Counted from the first letter of the stretch, positions 24,387 through 34,347 are shown. The stretch is 34,416 nucleotides of DNA from Verrucomicrobiota bacterium (GCA_038214755.1 JBBQRQ010000053.1:1-34416); one strand, 5' to 3'. Made by a program: numbers and translations. Notes: generated by a model from the letters alone, not told the origin.

Positions 24387-26615
24387 TCATTTCCTCAACA
24401 ATCGCAGCGCATTGGCAATCACGACGAGCGTCGCTCCCGTGTCCGCGAGAATCGCCAGCCACAAACTGGTGTAGCCGAGCAGCGCTAATACGAGAAACAG
24501 CGCTTTGACGGCAAGCGCAAAGATTATGTTGGCCTGAATCATCCGCACGGTGCGACGACCCAAAGCAATTGTTTCAGCGACTTGGCTCAAATCATCCTGC
24601 ATCAAAGCAACGTCCGCCGTTTCAATGGCCGTGTCCGTTCCCGCGCCGCCCATTGCAATGCCGATGCTTGCCGCCGCCATTGCCGGGGCGTCGTTCACGC
24701 CGTCGCCAATCATGCCGACGTGTTTGTATTGCGTGAGCAATTCGCGAACATGTTCAATTTTTTGGTCGGGCAACAGATCACCTTTTGCTTCATCAATGCC
24801 GACTTGCTTGGAAATGGCGTCCACCGTTCGTTGGTTGTCACCGCTCAACATCACAATTTTTTCCACCCCCGCAGCATGAAGCAATTTAATCGCTTCAATG
24901 GCGTTCGCTCGAATCGTGTCACCGACCGCGAGAATGCCGAGAACTTCACCTTTGCAGTTTTGATGCGGTTTATGACCGACGATGACGACGGACATTGCTT
25001 GCGCTTCTATTTCGTGAAGCTTCTTTTCCAATTCATCCGAGCAGACAGCGGATTCGTGCGCGAACCGGTGGTTGCCGACAAAATATAAATGGCCGTCGAT
25101 TTGCGCTTCCGCTCCCCGTCCTGTTCGCGCCTGATAATTTTCGCCGCGCTGAAATTGAATCTTCTTTTCTTCCGCATATTTCACGACGGCTTGTGCGAGC
25201 GGATGTTCCGAATGCGTATCAATCGCAGCGGCGATCCGCAAAATTTCTTCTTCAGATTTTCCATTCCACGGAATCACTTGCTGAACGCGAGGTTTCCCTT
25301 CCGTGATCGTGCCGGTCTTATCCACGGCAAGAGCTTTCAATTTCCCAATTTCTTCGAGGAAGATTCCGCCTTTAATCAAAACGCCCCGCCGCGCCATTGC
25401 GGTGAGGCCAGACACAATTGAAACCGGCGTGGAAATGACGAGAGCGCATGGACACGCAATGACAAGCAGGACCAACGAACGATAAATCCAAGTCATCCAT
25501 TCCCCACCGAACATAAGGGGCGGCATGAGAAGGACAGCCAAACCAAGAAGGAAAACTGACGGTGTATAAATGCGCGCGAATTTATCAACGAAACGTTGCG
25601 AGGGCGCTTTCTGTCCTTGCGCTTCTTCGACCAGATGAATGATTTTCGCGAGCGTTGTTTCCGAATAAATTTTCGTCACTCGAATTTCCAAAGAGCCTTC
25701 GCCGTTGATTGTTCCCGCGAAAACCGGGTCGCCGCTTTTCTTTTCCACCGGCATGGACTCGCCCGTAATGGGAGCTTGGTTGATACTCGATTCACCCGAA
25801 ATCACTTTGCCGTCGAGAGGGACTTTTGCGCCCGATTTGACCGCAAGAATGTCGCTTACCTTGACTTGTTCCACCGGCACTTCCTCGAATCGTTCGCCGC
25901 GTTTGACCAGTGCTGTTTCGGGCGTGAGTTGCAGCAGGGATTTAATCGCTTTGCGCGCCCGGTTCAGGCTGAACGCTTCGAGCGATTCCGAGAGGGCGAA
26001 CAAAAATGTCACCGAAGCTCCTTCCGACCATTCGCCAATCGTGGCGGCACCGGCGACCGCGACCGTCATAAGCACATTCATATCGAGCGAAAGTTGCCGC
26101 GTCGCTCGAATTGCCTTTGGCAAAATGAACCAACCGCCCGCGATGATCGCGACGGCAAACGCAGAAATCTTTCCCCACGGCTCAAGAAGTTTTGCCCATT
26201 GCAGCAACAACCCGATTCCCGTGAACACGCCTGAAACGATGACCGCGATGAGCCGCGCGCGTTGTCCACTTTCCGAAGCTTCTTCCCCACGCTCGCCACT
26301 GGGAACGCTGGCTTTCAGCCCCGCCGTTCCGATGACTTTGATCAACTGTTCAGTCGTGACAGTTTCCTCGTGGGTGACGCTCACTTTGCCGGCCATCAGA
26401 CTGACCTTTATTTCTCGCACACCAGATACTGGTTTAAGCACTCGTTCCAGAGCAGCAACCTCATCGGCGCAATCCATGCCCCTCACTTGCAACGTGGTGA
26501 CTGTGTCCGCTTTCGCGTCCGCATTGAGAGAAATCGCGTCGGGTTGCTTGCTTGCGCAGGATGTTTTCTCCCCTTCGCAGCAGCTATGACCGTTACTGTG
26601 CCCGTCTGATTTCAT
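24387..26615 (-). CDS. Heavy-metal P1B-type ATPase (Zn/Cd/Pb, CadA/ZntA-like)
   Basis: GMDCADE HMA domain, TGES, CPCALVISTP, DKTGT, SEHPL, GDGVNDAPA, K and D in the last two TM helices. Confidence 0.96.
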   Translation of the reverse strand: MKSDGHSNGHSCCEGEKTSCASKQPDAISLNADAKADTVTTLQVRGMDCADEVAALERVLKPVSGVREIKVSLMAGKVSVTHEETVTTEQLIKVIGTAGLKASVPSGERGEEASESGQRARLIAVIVSGVFTGIGLLLQWAKLLEPWGKISAFAVAIIAGGWFILPKAIRATRQLSLDMNVLMTVAVAGAATIGEWSEGASVTFLFALSESLEAFSLNRARKAIKSLLQLTPETALVKRGERFEEVPVEQVKVSDILAVKSGAKVPLDGKVISGESSINQAPITGESMPVEKKSGDPVFAGTINGEGSLEIRVTKIYSETTLAKIIHLVEEAQGQKAPSQRFVDKFARIYTPSVFLLGLAVLLMPPLMFGGEWMTWIYRSLVLLVIACPCALVISTPVSIVSGLTAMARRGVLIKGGIFLEEIGKLKALAVDKTGTITEGKPRVQQVIPWNGKSEEEILRIAAAIDTHSEHPLAQAVVKYAEEKKIQFQRGENYQARTGRGAEAQIDGHLYFVGNHRFAHESAVCSDELEKKLHEIEAQAMSVVIVGHKPHQNCKGEVLGILAVGDTIRANAIEAIKLLHAAGVEKIVMLSGDNQRTVDAISKQVGIDEAKGDLLPDQKIEHVRELLTQYKHVGMIGDGVNDAPAMAAASIGIAMGGAGTDTAIETADVALMQDDLSQVAETIALGRRTVRMIQANIIFALAVKALFLVLALLGYTSLWLAILADTGATLVVIANALRLLRK

Positions 26616-26620
26616 TTAGT

Positions 26621-26968
26621 TCAATTCGCCGAAGCCGCGCCGTCTTTCAGAAACACTCTGCAAACGTAATCGTCTCCAAAAAATGGCGAGTGATAACGAA
26701 CCCGAACCGGCTGGCCTTCCTGCAATTGTTCTGCCGAAACGAACTTCACATTTTGAACGAAGCGGGTGCCTTTCTTCCAGCGAAAGACCGAACGCTTCCC
26801 ACTATCCCGCAAAGCCACGGTGATCAAAGGCCGTTCCCGGTCAACGTGTTCAATCTTGCCATCACGTTCTCTGGAAAGTGGCGGCACGGCCGAAGCGTCA
26901 TTCACAGTGACAAAAAACGCAGCGAACAAAACCACGATGCCTATTTTGCTGAATCCCATTTTTTTCAT
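26621..26968 (-). CDS. Small exported protein, predicted beta-rich (OB-fold-like)
   Basis: Signal peptide; GKIEHVD...LQEGQPVRVRY pattern; in operon. Confidence 0.7.
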   Translation of the reverse strand: MKKMGFSKIGIVVLFAAFFVTVNDASAVPPLSRERDGKIEHVDRERPLITVALRDSGKRSVFRWKKGTRFVQNVKFVSAEQLQEGQPVRVRYHSPFFGDDYVCRVFLKDGAASAN

Positions 26969-27012
26969 AACTCTGGAGGTGCCGTGAGAATTCACGGCAA
27001 CCGGTTCAAAAC

Positions 27013-27462
27013 TTAATGGTCGTCGCAGGTGCAGGCGTATTCCGCCCGTTTGCACTCGCCGCAAATTCCGGTGTTAACTTTGAAACGAAAGTTTTGTGGT
27101 TTGCTGTCCGCCTTCTCCTTGAATTGGACAACCACGTTTCCACTTTCGACGTTGGGTAGTTTGGCTTTGCTGACGAGAACGTCGCCTTTTTTCTCGAATT
27201 CGATTTTCTCTTTTCCGTCCTTGGCGTCCGCTATAACGGTGACGCTCTGTTCAGTCACCGGAACGGGTTTCATGTTTGCATCGTAGAATGTGATGCTTGC
27301 CGTGTGATCTTTCTCGACGAAGAACTCAGCCTTGGGACTGGTCTTTTCGAGAATGCGGCCACCCTTCGGGCCAGCTTCGACTTTTTTGTCGGCGGCGGTT
27401 GCGGTGAGTAACCCGGCGCAAAGAACGCCGGCCAATGTGAGGAGCTTCAGTGATGTTTTCAT
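27013..27462 (-). CDS. Exported protein with Cys/His-rich C-terminus
   Basis: Signal peptide, GPKGGR, C-terminal CGECKRAEYACTCDDH. Confidence 0.85.
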   Translation of the reverse strand: MKTSLKLLTLAGVLCAGLLTATAADKKVEAGPKGGRILEKTSPKAEFFVEKDHTASITFYDANMKPVPVTEQSVTVIADAKDGKEKIEFEKKGDVLVSKAKLPNVESGNVVVQFKEKADSKPQNFRFKVNTGICGECKRAEYACTCDDH

Positions 27463-27471
27463 ATTTTATTT

Positions 27472-30400
27472 TTACGTTGCGGTTACAGAAGCGGTTTTCG
27501 CCTCTGTCTTTTCTTTTCGTTTCTCAACCCATTCGTAAAGCGTCGGTAGCAATACCAGGGTCAGGAAAGTCGAACTGATGATTCCTCCGATGACGACGGT
27601 CGCCAGCGGACGTTGCACTTCGGCACCCGCGCCGGTTGCAATCGCCATCGGCACAAAACCAAGGCTCGCCACCAACGCAGTCATCAGCACAGGACGAAGC
27701 CGTGTGAGAGCACCTTCACGGACGGCGTCATGGAGCGAGCGGCCTTGTTCGCGGAGCGAATTGAAATAGCTGATCATAATCAGCCCATTCAAAACGGCCA
27801 CGCCGCTTAACGCCACGAATCCGACGCCCGCCGAAATCGTGAAGGGCATTCCGCGAATCCAAATCGCCAGTATGCCGCCGGTGATGGCCAACGGAATGCC
27901 GGTGTAAACGATGAAGGTCTGGCGCAGGCTGCCGAAGCTCAGGAAAATCAGAACGAAAATAAGAGCCAGCGCCATCGGCACGACAATCGTGAGCCGGGCT
28001 TTTGCTTCCACGAGATTTTTGAATTGCCCGCCAAACTCGAAGTAATAGCCGTCGGGAAACTTCACTTGCTCATGGATTTTGCGCGTCGCTTCTTCGACAA
28101 AACCCGCCGTGTCGCGCCCTCGAACATTCACGAGGATGCCGACGCGCCGCTGCGTGTTCTCGCGGGCTATCATCCCGACTTGTTCGACCAATTTGATATT
28201 GGCGACCTGGCCGAGCGTGAGCATTCCGCCTTCATCCGTCCGCAGCGGCAAGCTTTTCATCCCTTCCACATCGGTGCGCCGCGCTTCGGACAAGCGGACA
28301 ACGATTGGGAAACGACGATTGCCTTCAATCATCGTGCCGACTTCCTCACCCGCGAGCGCCGCTTGAATGACTTTGTTGATCTCCTCAGTGGCAACGTTGA
28401 AACGCAGGAGAGCTTCGCGGTTCGGTGTAATCTCCAGCATCGGAACACGCCCCACTGCATCAAACTCACTCTCCTTGCCGCCAGGAGTGTTGCGCAATAC
28501 GTCGCGAACTTGCCCGGCCAGAAGTTCGAGTTGTTCAAAACTGTCGCCGTAGATTTTGCAAAGCAGGTCAGCCCTCGCACCGGCCATGATTTCGTTGAAG
28601 CGCATTTGGATGGGCTGCGAAATCAAATAAGCCTGGCCGGGAACTTTTACCGTCAGGGTGCGGCGCATCAGTTCAGCAAGCTGCTCTTTGGTCGCTCGTT
28701 TGCCTCCAATCATCCGCCACTTTTCTTTTGGATGAAGCATCACAAAAGTATCGGCGACGTTTGGCCCCATCGGATCCATTGCGATTTCGCCGGTGCCGAT
28801 TTTGGAAAATAGTTCGTCAATTTCAGGAAATTCAGCGCGCAGGATGCGTTCCGACTTTTTTTGTAAATCAAGCGACGCCTCCAAACCGGCGCTGCTGCTG
28901 CGAATGAATTGCAGAGTGAGATCGCCCTCGTCCAGTTGCGGGATGAATTCCGAGCCAAGCCGCGTGAAAAGAAAAACCGATAACGCAAACACCGCGACCA
29001 TCGGCAGCACCACCAGCCAGCGAAAGCGCAAACCGAAGTGAAGCAGCGGCGTGTAAAGGCGTTTGAAGAAACTCATCAGCCAGTTGTCTTCGTGCTTAAT
29101 ATTTCCGCCGAGCAGAAATGAGCAAAGCCCCGGCATCAATGTCACGGCGAGGACGAGCGCACCGCCCAAAGCCAGCATCACCACCATCGCCATCGGTTTG
29201 AACATTTTTCCTTCCACGCCTTGCAGCGCGAGAATCGGCACATAGACCAGCGTGATAATCAGCACGCCGAAAAACATCGGGCTGGCAACTTCCTTGGCCG
29301 AATGAAGCACTTCCCGCGAGCGTTCTTCGATGGTTAGGCGGCGTCCGAGCTTGTGTTGTTTCTCTCCCAATTGGCGAAGAATGTTTTCCACCATGACCAC
29401 GGCTCCGTCGATGATCAGCCCGAAATCAATTGCGCCCAGGCTCATCAAGTTTCCCGATATGCCAAAATAGATCATGCCAATCATGGCAAAGAGCATCGAG
29501 AGGGGAATTGCCAGCGCCACGATGACCGCCGCGCGCCAGTTGCCCAGCAGCAGTAGGAGAATTACAACGACCAGTATCGCTCCCTCGAAAAGATTTTTTT
29601 CTACCGTGTGAATGGTTCGATTGACCAATGCAGAGCGATCATAGAGAGAGTGAATTTCTACCCCGACCGGAAGTTTGGTTTGAATTTCCTGGAGTTTTTT
29701 TCGCACACTATTTGCCACGGTGCGGCTGGTTTCGCCCGCGAGCATAATGGCTGAGCCGACTAACGCTTCCTCTCCTTGATCCGTGCTGGCTCCAGTGCGG
29801 AAGGCGCTTCCAATTCCGACAGTTGCCACATCCTTGACCTGCATTGGCTTCACGGCTGCGCCAAACTTCAAAGGCAATTCCGCAATCTCTTCCGTCGTAA
29901 CCACTCGATTGTTGCCGCGAATCACCAATTGTTCGCCGCCGATTTCCACCAAACCACCGCCGACATTGCGCGTGTTCTCTCCGATTTTCGCCGCAAGTTG
30001 ATCCAAAGAAATTCCCGCGCTCATCAGCCGCTCCGGGTCGGGCTGAATGACAATTTGTTTTTCGTAACCACCGCTTGTGTTTACTTCCGCCAGTCCGGGA
30101 GTGGAGCGCAGCAAAGGCTTGATGGTGTAATCATGAATCAAATTCAAAGCCATCAGTCGCTCCTTTTCTGTGGCGGGTTTGTTCGTGGCCTTGTCCGTGA
30201 ACTGAACGGAGTAATAATATATTTCACCCAGGCCAGTCGCGATGGGCGCGAGCTTGGGAGTGATGCCGTGAGGAAGTTCCTCCAAAACCCCTTGCAGTCG
30301 TTCGGCCACAAGTTGGCGCACGCGGTAAATGTCCGTGCCATCGCTGAACGTCATCGTGACTTGCGAGAGTCCGAATTTGGAAAGCGAACGCAGTTCCATC

Positions 30401-30636
30401 ATTCGGGGCAATCCGGCCATTTCGCTTTCAATAGGAAACGTGACGAGCTTTTCAATTTCTTCCGGTGCCAGGGCTGCGACGGAAGTGTTGATTTGCACCT
30501 GAACATTGGTGATGTCCGGCACGGCATCAATCCGCAATTTGATTGCAGACCAAATGCCGAAAGCCAGCAAGATACCTGTGGCGAGCAAAACGGCGGCGCG
30601 TTGTCGCAGCGAGATTTCAAGAAGGCGGTTTAACAT
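27472..30636 (-). CDS. czcA: Heavy-metal efflux RND permease (CzcA/CusA family)
   Basis: IDAVPDITNVQVQ, NLMSLGAIDFGLIIDGAVVMVEN, RLRPVLMTA, QRPLATVVIGG; 1054 aa. Confidence 0.93.
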   Translation of the reverse strand: MLNRLLEISLRQRAAVLLATGILLAFGIWSAIKLRIDAVPDITNVQVQINTSVAALAPEEIEKLVTFPIESEMAGLPRMMELRSLSKFGLSQVTMTFSDGTDIYRVRQLVAERLQGVLEELPHGITPKLAPIATGLGEIYYYSVQFTDKATNKPATEKERLMALNLIHDYTIKPLLRSTPGLAEVNTSGGYEKQIVIQPDPERLMSAGISLDQLAAKIGENTRNVGGGLVEIGGEQLVIRGNNRVVTTEEIAELPLKFGAAVKPMQVKDVATVGIGSAFRTGASTDQGEEALVGSAIMLAGETSRTVANSVRKKLQEIQTKLPVGVEIHSLYDRSALVNRTIHTVEKNLFEGAILVVVILLLLLGNWRAAVIVALAIPLSMLFAMIGMIYFGISGNLMSLGAIDFGLIIDGAVVMVENILRQLGEKQHKLGRRLTIEERSREVLHSAKEVASPMFFGVLIITLVYVPILALQGVEGKMFKPMAMVVMLALGGALVLAVTLMPGLCSFLLGGNIKHEDNWLMSFFKRLYTPLLHFGLRFRWLVVLPMVAVFALSVFLFTRLGSEFIPQLDEGDLTLQFIRSSSAGLEASLDLQKKSERILRAEFPEIDELFSKIGTGEIAMDPMGPNVADTFVMLHPKEKWRMIGGKRATKEQLAELMRRTLTVKVPGQAYLISQPIQMRFNEIMAGARADLLCKIYGDSFEQLELLAGQVRDVLRNTPGGKESEFDAVGRVPMLEITPNREALLRFNVATEEINKVIQAALAGEEVGTMIEGNRRFPIVVRLSEARRTDVEGMKSLPLRTDEGGMLTLGQVANIKLVEQVGMIARENTQRRVGILVNVRGRDTAGFVEEATRKIHEQVKFPDGYYFEFGGQFKNLVEAKARLTIVVPMALALIFVLIFLSFGSLRQTFIVYTGIPLAITGGILAIWIRGMPFTISAGVGFVALSGVAVLNGLIMISYFNSLREQGRSLHDAVREGALTRLRPVLMTALVASLGFVPMAIATGAGAEVQRPLATVVIGGIISSTFLTLVLLPTLYEWVEKRKEKTEAKTASVTAT

Positions 30637-30639
30637 AGG

Positions 30640-31419
30640 TCAATGGCCATCCGCGCAGGCTGCCCCGCCACGAATGGATTGAAGTTCCGCCATCCAAAGA
30701 GTCATGACCGGGTTCGCCACAATCTGGTCGCCTGCGTAAAGCCCGTCTTTGATTTCTACGACCTCATTACTCACGTCGCCGACCTTGACCTCGGAACGCA
30801 CCAGATGTTCGCCGCTGACGGTGTAAACAAAATTGCCTTCCGCCGTGCGCAGCAATGCCGTGCGGGGAATGCCAATGACAGTTTTGTCGTTTCCAATTGG
30901 AACGAGGGCTTCCACATAATTTCCCATCGCGAGAGACTTTTGCGGGTCGTCAATTTCGATAAGCACTTCGACTTGTCCGTTGGCTTTTTCCATTTGCCGA
31001 TTGAGTGCGACCACTTTGCCGGTCAAGGCTGAATCCTTCGCTTCCATCTTCACGCTTTGCCCAACCTTTAATCGCTCGGCGTCGGCTTTGCGGAGAAATC
31101 CAGAGGCCAGAGCAGGACGTGATTCTGCGGTCGGTTTCCCGGTTGCAGACGGTTGATAGACCTTTGCTGAAAAACGCAACGTCGAAGCCATCTTTTGCTC
31201 TTCAACATCGACTATTTTTAATCCGATAAAATCGGCCGTATTCTTTGGAACGCTCAATCCTTTGGTCGCGCTGAACAAAATTCCTTCTTCGGCATGTTCC
31301 GACACGGCGTGTTCCTCGCCATGAGCTTCAGCGTCGTTCTGGGAGCCACCACACCCGCTGGCCAAAACTCCGATGAACAAAAGACAAGTAGCTGACTGAA
31401 TAAATAGTTGGATTTTCAT
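30640..31419 (-). CDS. RND periplasmic adaptor (CzcB-like), unusually short lipoprotein
   Basis: Lipobox LASGC, His-rich linker, IPRTALL, VKVG..VEIKDGLYAGDQIV; between OMF and RND genes. Confidence 0.85.
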   Translation of the reverse strand: MKIQLFIQSATCLLFIGVLASGCGGSQNDAEAHGEEHAVSEHAEEGILFSATKGLSVPKNTADFIGLKIVDVEEQKMASTLRFSAKVYQPSATGKPTAESRPALASGFLRKADAERLKVGQSVKMEAKDSALTGKVVALNRQMEKANGQVEVLIEIDDPQKSLAMGNYVEALVPIGNDKTVIGIPRTALLRTAEGNFVYTVSGEHLVRSEVKVGDVSNEVVEIKDGLYAGDQIVANPVMTLWMAELQSIRGGAACADGH

Positions 31420-32744
31420 TTCTTTTCTTCCTTGGTGGTTGTGTTGGAGGGCGAAATTGCCTGTCCCGTTAACAATTGAATTTGTTGATGGCTTTCCAAA
31501 GCTTCCCGTTGCGTATCGAGAATGGCTTCGAGGGCTTCGAGATATTTGTCCTGAAGCTCGATGTAAGTCACAATCGGCAGAGAACCCAACCGATAATGGC
31601 GGTCGCCCAATTCGGACGCCTCACGGAGTTGCGTCAGCGAATCGGATCGCCAAAACGACATTTGATCCAGCAACGCTTCGTAACCTGCGACTTGTTCCCG
31701 CACATCACGCTCGACTCGGCGTTGCGCCACATAAACCGAAGTTTCAGCCTGTTGTTGACGCGCGTTGGCCGTTTCGATATTGCCCTGATTGCGCTTCCAA
31801 AGCGGCAACGGCAGCGAAATTCCTATGCCCACTTTGCGCTCGTTTTCATTGGCTTTTTCCTGCGAATAAAACGGTCCAGCCGTGATGGTCGGCCAGCGTT
31901 CATTTTTACTGAGGTCAACGCGAAGCCCTTGTTGAGCAAGCTCAATCTGACGGGTGCGAATCTCAAAGTTGTTGGTTCGAGCCTGCGACACGAGTTCTTC
32001 CAACGGCGGAACGGGTTGGAATTTTAAATCTGTTTTGGAAACCGCAAGAGGAGTTGCCAAAGGGGCGCCACGCAATTGGTTTAATTCAAAAAGAGCGACT
32101 CGCGATTCTTTGATGGCTTGCGCGGCCCGACGTTTCGCCGTGATGACATTGGCCTCGATGATGCGTGTTTCGAGAAGGGGCGTAATTCCCGCCGGGTCAC
32201 GTTGCACGAGAACTTCGGCCAGTTCCTGTCCGCGTTGTGCCACTTGCTGCGCCGCTTCCGCCTTTTCTCTAGCGATCAGCAGCCCGTAACCAAGCGTCCG
32301 CACCCGCGCTGCCAAAGCGGCTCTAAATTGGCCGTAACCAATTTCCGCCAATTCGATTTGCCGATTGGCAATCGCCTTGCGCAACCCAATCCGACCCGGA
32401 TATTCAAACGGTTGTTGCACGGAAACCGACCACGCCGTTCCTTCAGCCGAAAGTCCCCCGCCCGACGCTCGTTTGCGTCCAACGTCCGCGCTCAGTTCAG
32501 GATTCGGAAATGTGCCCGCCGTCCGTCGATCACCCTTGGCTGCGGCCATTTCGCTCTTGTAAAAATTGAGTTCCGGATTTTTTTCCAGCGACTCCGCAAC
32601 CAACGCGTCCAAAGTTAAACCATTCGTCGCCACGCTGGAATTGAGCGCCACGCTTTCAGGTTCCGCTGCCAGCACCTTTAAATTGTTCGCAGTGAAAGCG
32701 GCGATTCCTAATATCAACAATCTTAAATATTTTTTTTGTTTCAT
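31416..32744 (-). CDS. TolC-family outer-membrane factor (CzcC-like)
   Basis: NPEL, FPNPEL, QPFEYPG, GISLPLPLW.RNQG, YRLG; signal peptide. Confidence 0.92.
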   Translation of the reverse strand: MKQKKYLRLLILGIAAFTANNLKVLAAEPESVALNSSVATNGLTLDALVAESLEKNPELNFYKSEMAAAKGDRRTAGTFPNPELSADVGRKRASGGGLSAEGTAWSVSVQQPFEYPGRIGLRKAIANRQIELAEIGYGQFRAALAARVRTLGYGLLIAREKAEAAQQVAQRGQELAEVLVQRDPAGITPLLETRIIEANVITAKRRAAQAIKESRVALFELNQLRGAPLATPLAVSKTDLKFQPVPPLEELVSQARTNNFEIRTRQIELAQQGLRVDLSKNERWPTITAGPFYSQEKANENERKVGIGISLPLPLWKRNQGNIETANARQQQAETSVYVAQRRVERDVREQVAGYEALLDQMSFWRSDSLTQLREASELGDRHYRLGSLPIVTYIELQDKYLEALEAILDTQREALESHQQIQLLTGQAISPSNTTTKEEKK

Positions 32745-32820
32745 AACGATTCGCGGACAGAAAATTGACCAAGTAAAAGCAAAGGCGGCACACGACAGCC
32801 GTTGAGAACAGGACGGGAAA

Positions 32821-32839
32821 AATCCTCAGCGCGAGGATT
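32821..32839 (-). terminator. Hairpin with short U-tract directly after the leader ORF (terminator/attenuator candidate)
   Basis: aatcctc-5 nt-gaggatt, minus strand ends GGATTTTT. Confidence 0.4.
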
Positions 32840-32842
32840 CAG

Positions 32843-33220
32843 TTATGAAACAAACGAAGGAGCGCGCGGAGAAAGCGCAGTGCGAAGAACAAATTGCCAG
32901 GTCGTGGGAAGCTCTGGCGAATTAAGAGCCGCCGTTGAGACAGAAAAAGTTTTGCCGCTTGGTTCTGTAAATGCGGTTTGAGAAATGAGGTGAGATAGAA
33001 ATAAAACAGTTATCGCAAAGTCCGCGTGATTATCCTGAACCTTGTAAGTAGCCGATTCGACGACTTGGCATCCGTCGCTTTCACAGGCGGAATTGGAGGC
33101 GGTGTCCGACGCGCAACTTAAAAATTCCAGGCCCTTAATCGTTTCGAGTGTGCAATGTTCCGTGACCGGCAGCCAAAGCGCCAACATGAACATGGCAACG
33201 ATTTTATAAACACAACTCAC
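32843..33220 (-). CDS. Small Cys/His-containing protein with C-terminal PRAPS motif, first gene of the metal operon
   Basis: N-terminal hydrophobic helix, HC...C...CESDGC, ends RTALSPRAPSFVS. Confidence 0.8.
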   Translation of the reverse strand: MSCVYKIVAMFMLALWLPVTEHCTLETIKGLEFLSCASDTASNSACESDGCQVVESATYKVQDNHADFAITVLFLSHLISQTAFTEPSGKTFSVSTAALNSPELPTTWQFVLRTALSPRAPSFVS

Positions 33221-33228
33221 GGCGGAGA

Positions 33229-33256
33229 TTTATACCTGCTGATCGAACAAAGTCAA
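33229..33256 (-). promoter_or_regulatory. Sigma70-like promoter of the metal operon
   Basis: TTGACT-16 bp-TATAAA, 8 nt before GTG 33220. Confidence 0.6.
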
Positions 33257-33301
33257 CGTTTGGGTATCACGGGAAGTGTGATTCCAAGTGGCGCTCAAAA
33301 C

Positions 33302-33430
33302 ATAGCGCAGGTTTCCAACCTGGGGTCGCCGATTTCCAATCGGCAGAACATCACCACTTCGACTTCCACAATATTCGACGCGACGCAGACTGGAAGCGCT
33401 GCGAAACAGCGGATGGGAAATCTGCGCTAC
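33302..33430. repeat. REP-like composite palindrome, family C (degenerate)
   Basis: atagcgcaggtttccaacctg...gccgatttccaatcggc...gcggatgggaaatctgcgctac. Confidence 0.75.
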
Positions 33431-33564
33431 GAATGCGGCTGACCGCCTGTCTGAATCGCACCCGCCATCGCCCTCCCAAGCGCACGCCAATTGCAAATTG
33501 GCAATACCGTCGCTGGCAAAGAGCGTCACGTCAGTTGAAGCGGAGTGAAGACCGCGCCTCGCCA

Positions 33565-34287
33565 TCATTTCCAAAACCATGTAATGACGGGCGCGATGGC
33601 CAGACTCGGCACGTAATCGGCCAGTTCAATTTTTTTTAAATTCAAAATAATCAAGGCCACGCAAAAAATCAGGAAACCGTCGGTGGCTAAAATCGAATCG
33701 ACCAATCCGTGTTGATGGAGAAAAGGCCGCAACGATTTCGCCGCCAAAAAAATTGTCCCCAAAAAAGCGACCACCGGCAGGGCGGACAATATCACGCCCG
33801 AGCCAAAAAGCCGGACGAAGACCATCGCCGCCAGCCCATCCATCACCGCCTTGATCACGAAGGCGGGCGCGAAACCGTTCGGACTGAGACCTTCCTGGAG
33901 GGCGGCATAAATCGCGAGCGGGTTGGCGCAAGAAAGCGAAGCGCAGACGAGAAATCCGTCATTGAAATTTTGCCCGCGCATTTTCGCGGCGGCCATTTTG
34001 CTGGTGGCGTATCGACCGATCGAATTGGAAAATTTTTGCAGATGCAACAGATGTCCGACGAATCGCCCCAGCCCCAGCGCGAGCAGCACAATAAAAAGTT
34101 GTTTGAGAACCGTTCCAAAACTTCCGTTGAGATTTTGCCAGACGAGTTGCAGCCCGATAAAAACGGCGGCCGCGCCCATCGCGACTTTGAAAAAAGATTC
34201 GTTGGCGGGGGTGAGCGATTTGTTTTTGGTCAAACCCGCGATTCCGCCTACGACAATTCCCACTGCATTGAGGGCAACGCCGATCAT
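33565..34287 (-). CDS. DUF554 family membrane protein
   Basis: MIGVALNAVGIVVGG, F.DGF..ASL, KAVMDG, GVILSALP, ADYVPSL. Confidence 0.85.
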   Translation of the reverse strand: MIGVALNAVGIVVGGIAGLTKNKSLTPANESFFKVAMGAAAVFIGLQLVWQNLNGSFGTVLKQLFIVLLALGLGRFVGHLLHLQKFSNSIGRYATSKMAAAKMRGQNFNDGFLVCASLSCANPLAIYAALQEGLSPNGFAPAFVIKAVMDGLAAMVFVRLFGSGVILSALPVVAFLGTIFLAAKSLRPFLHQHGLVDSILATDGFLIFCVALIILNLKKIELADYVPSLAIAPVITWFWK

Positions 34288-34347
34288 TGCATCAATCAAA
34301 CAATGCGCTCCCGGAAAACTCAAAGGCTAAAGTGCGCTGCTCTTGCT

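Noticed and set aside
33230..33580. 116-aa ORF upstream of the metal operon
   Set aside because: Overlaps the family C palindrome and the promoter; no domain signal
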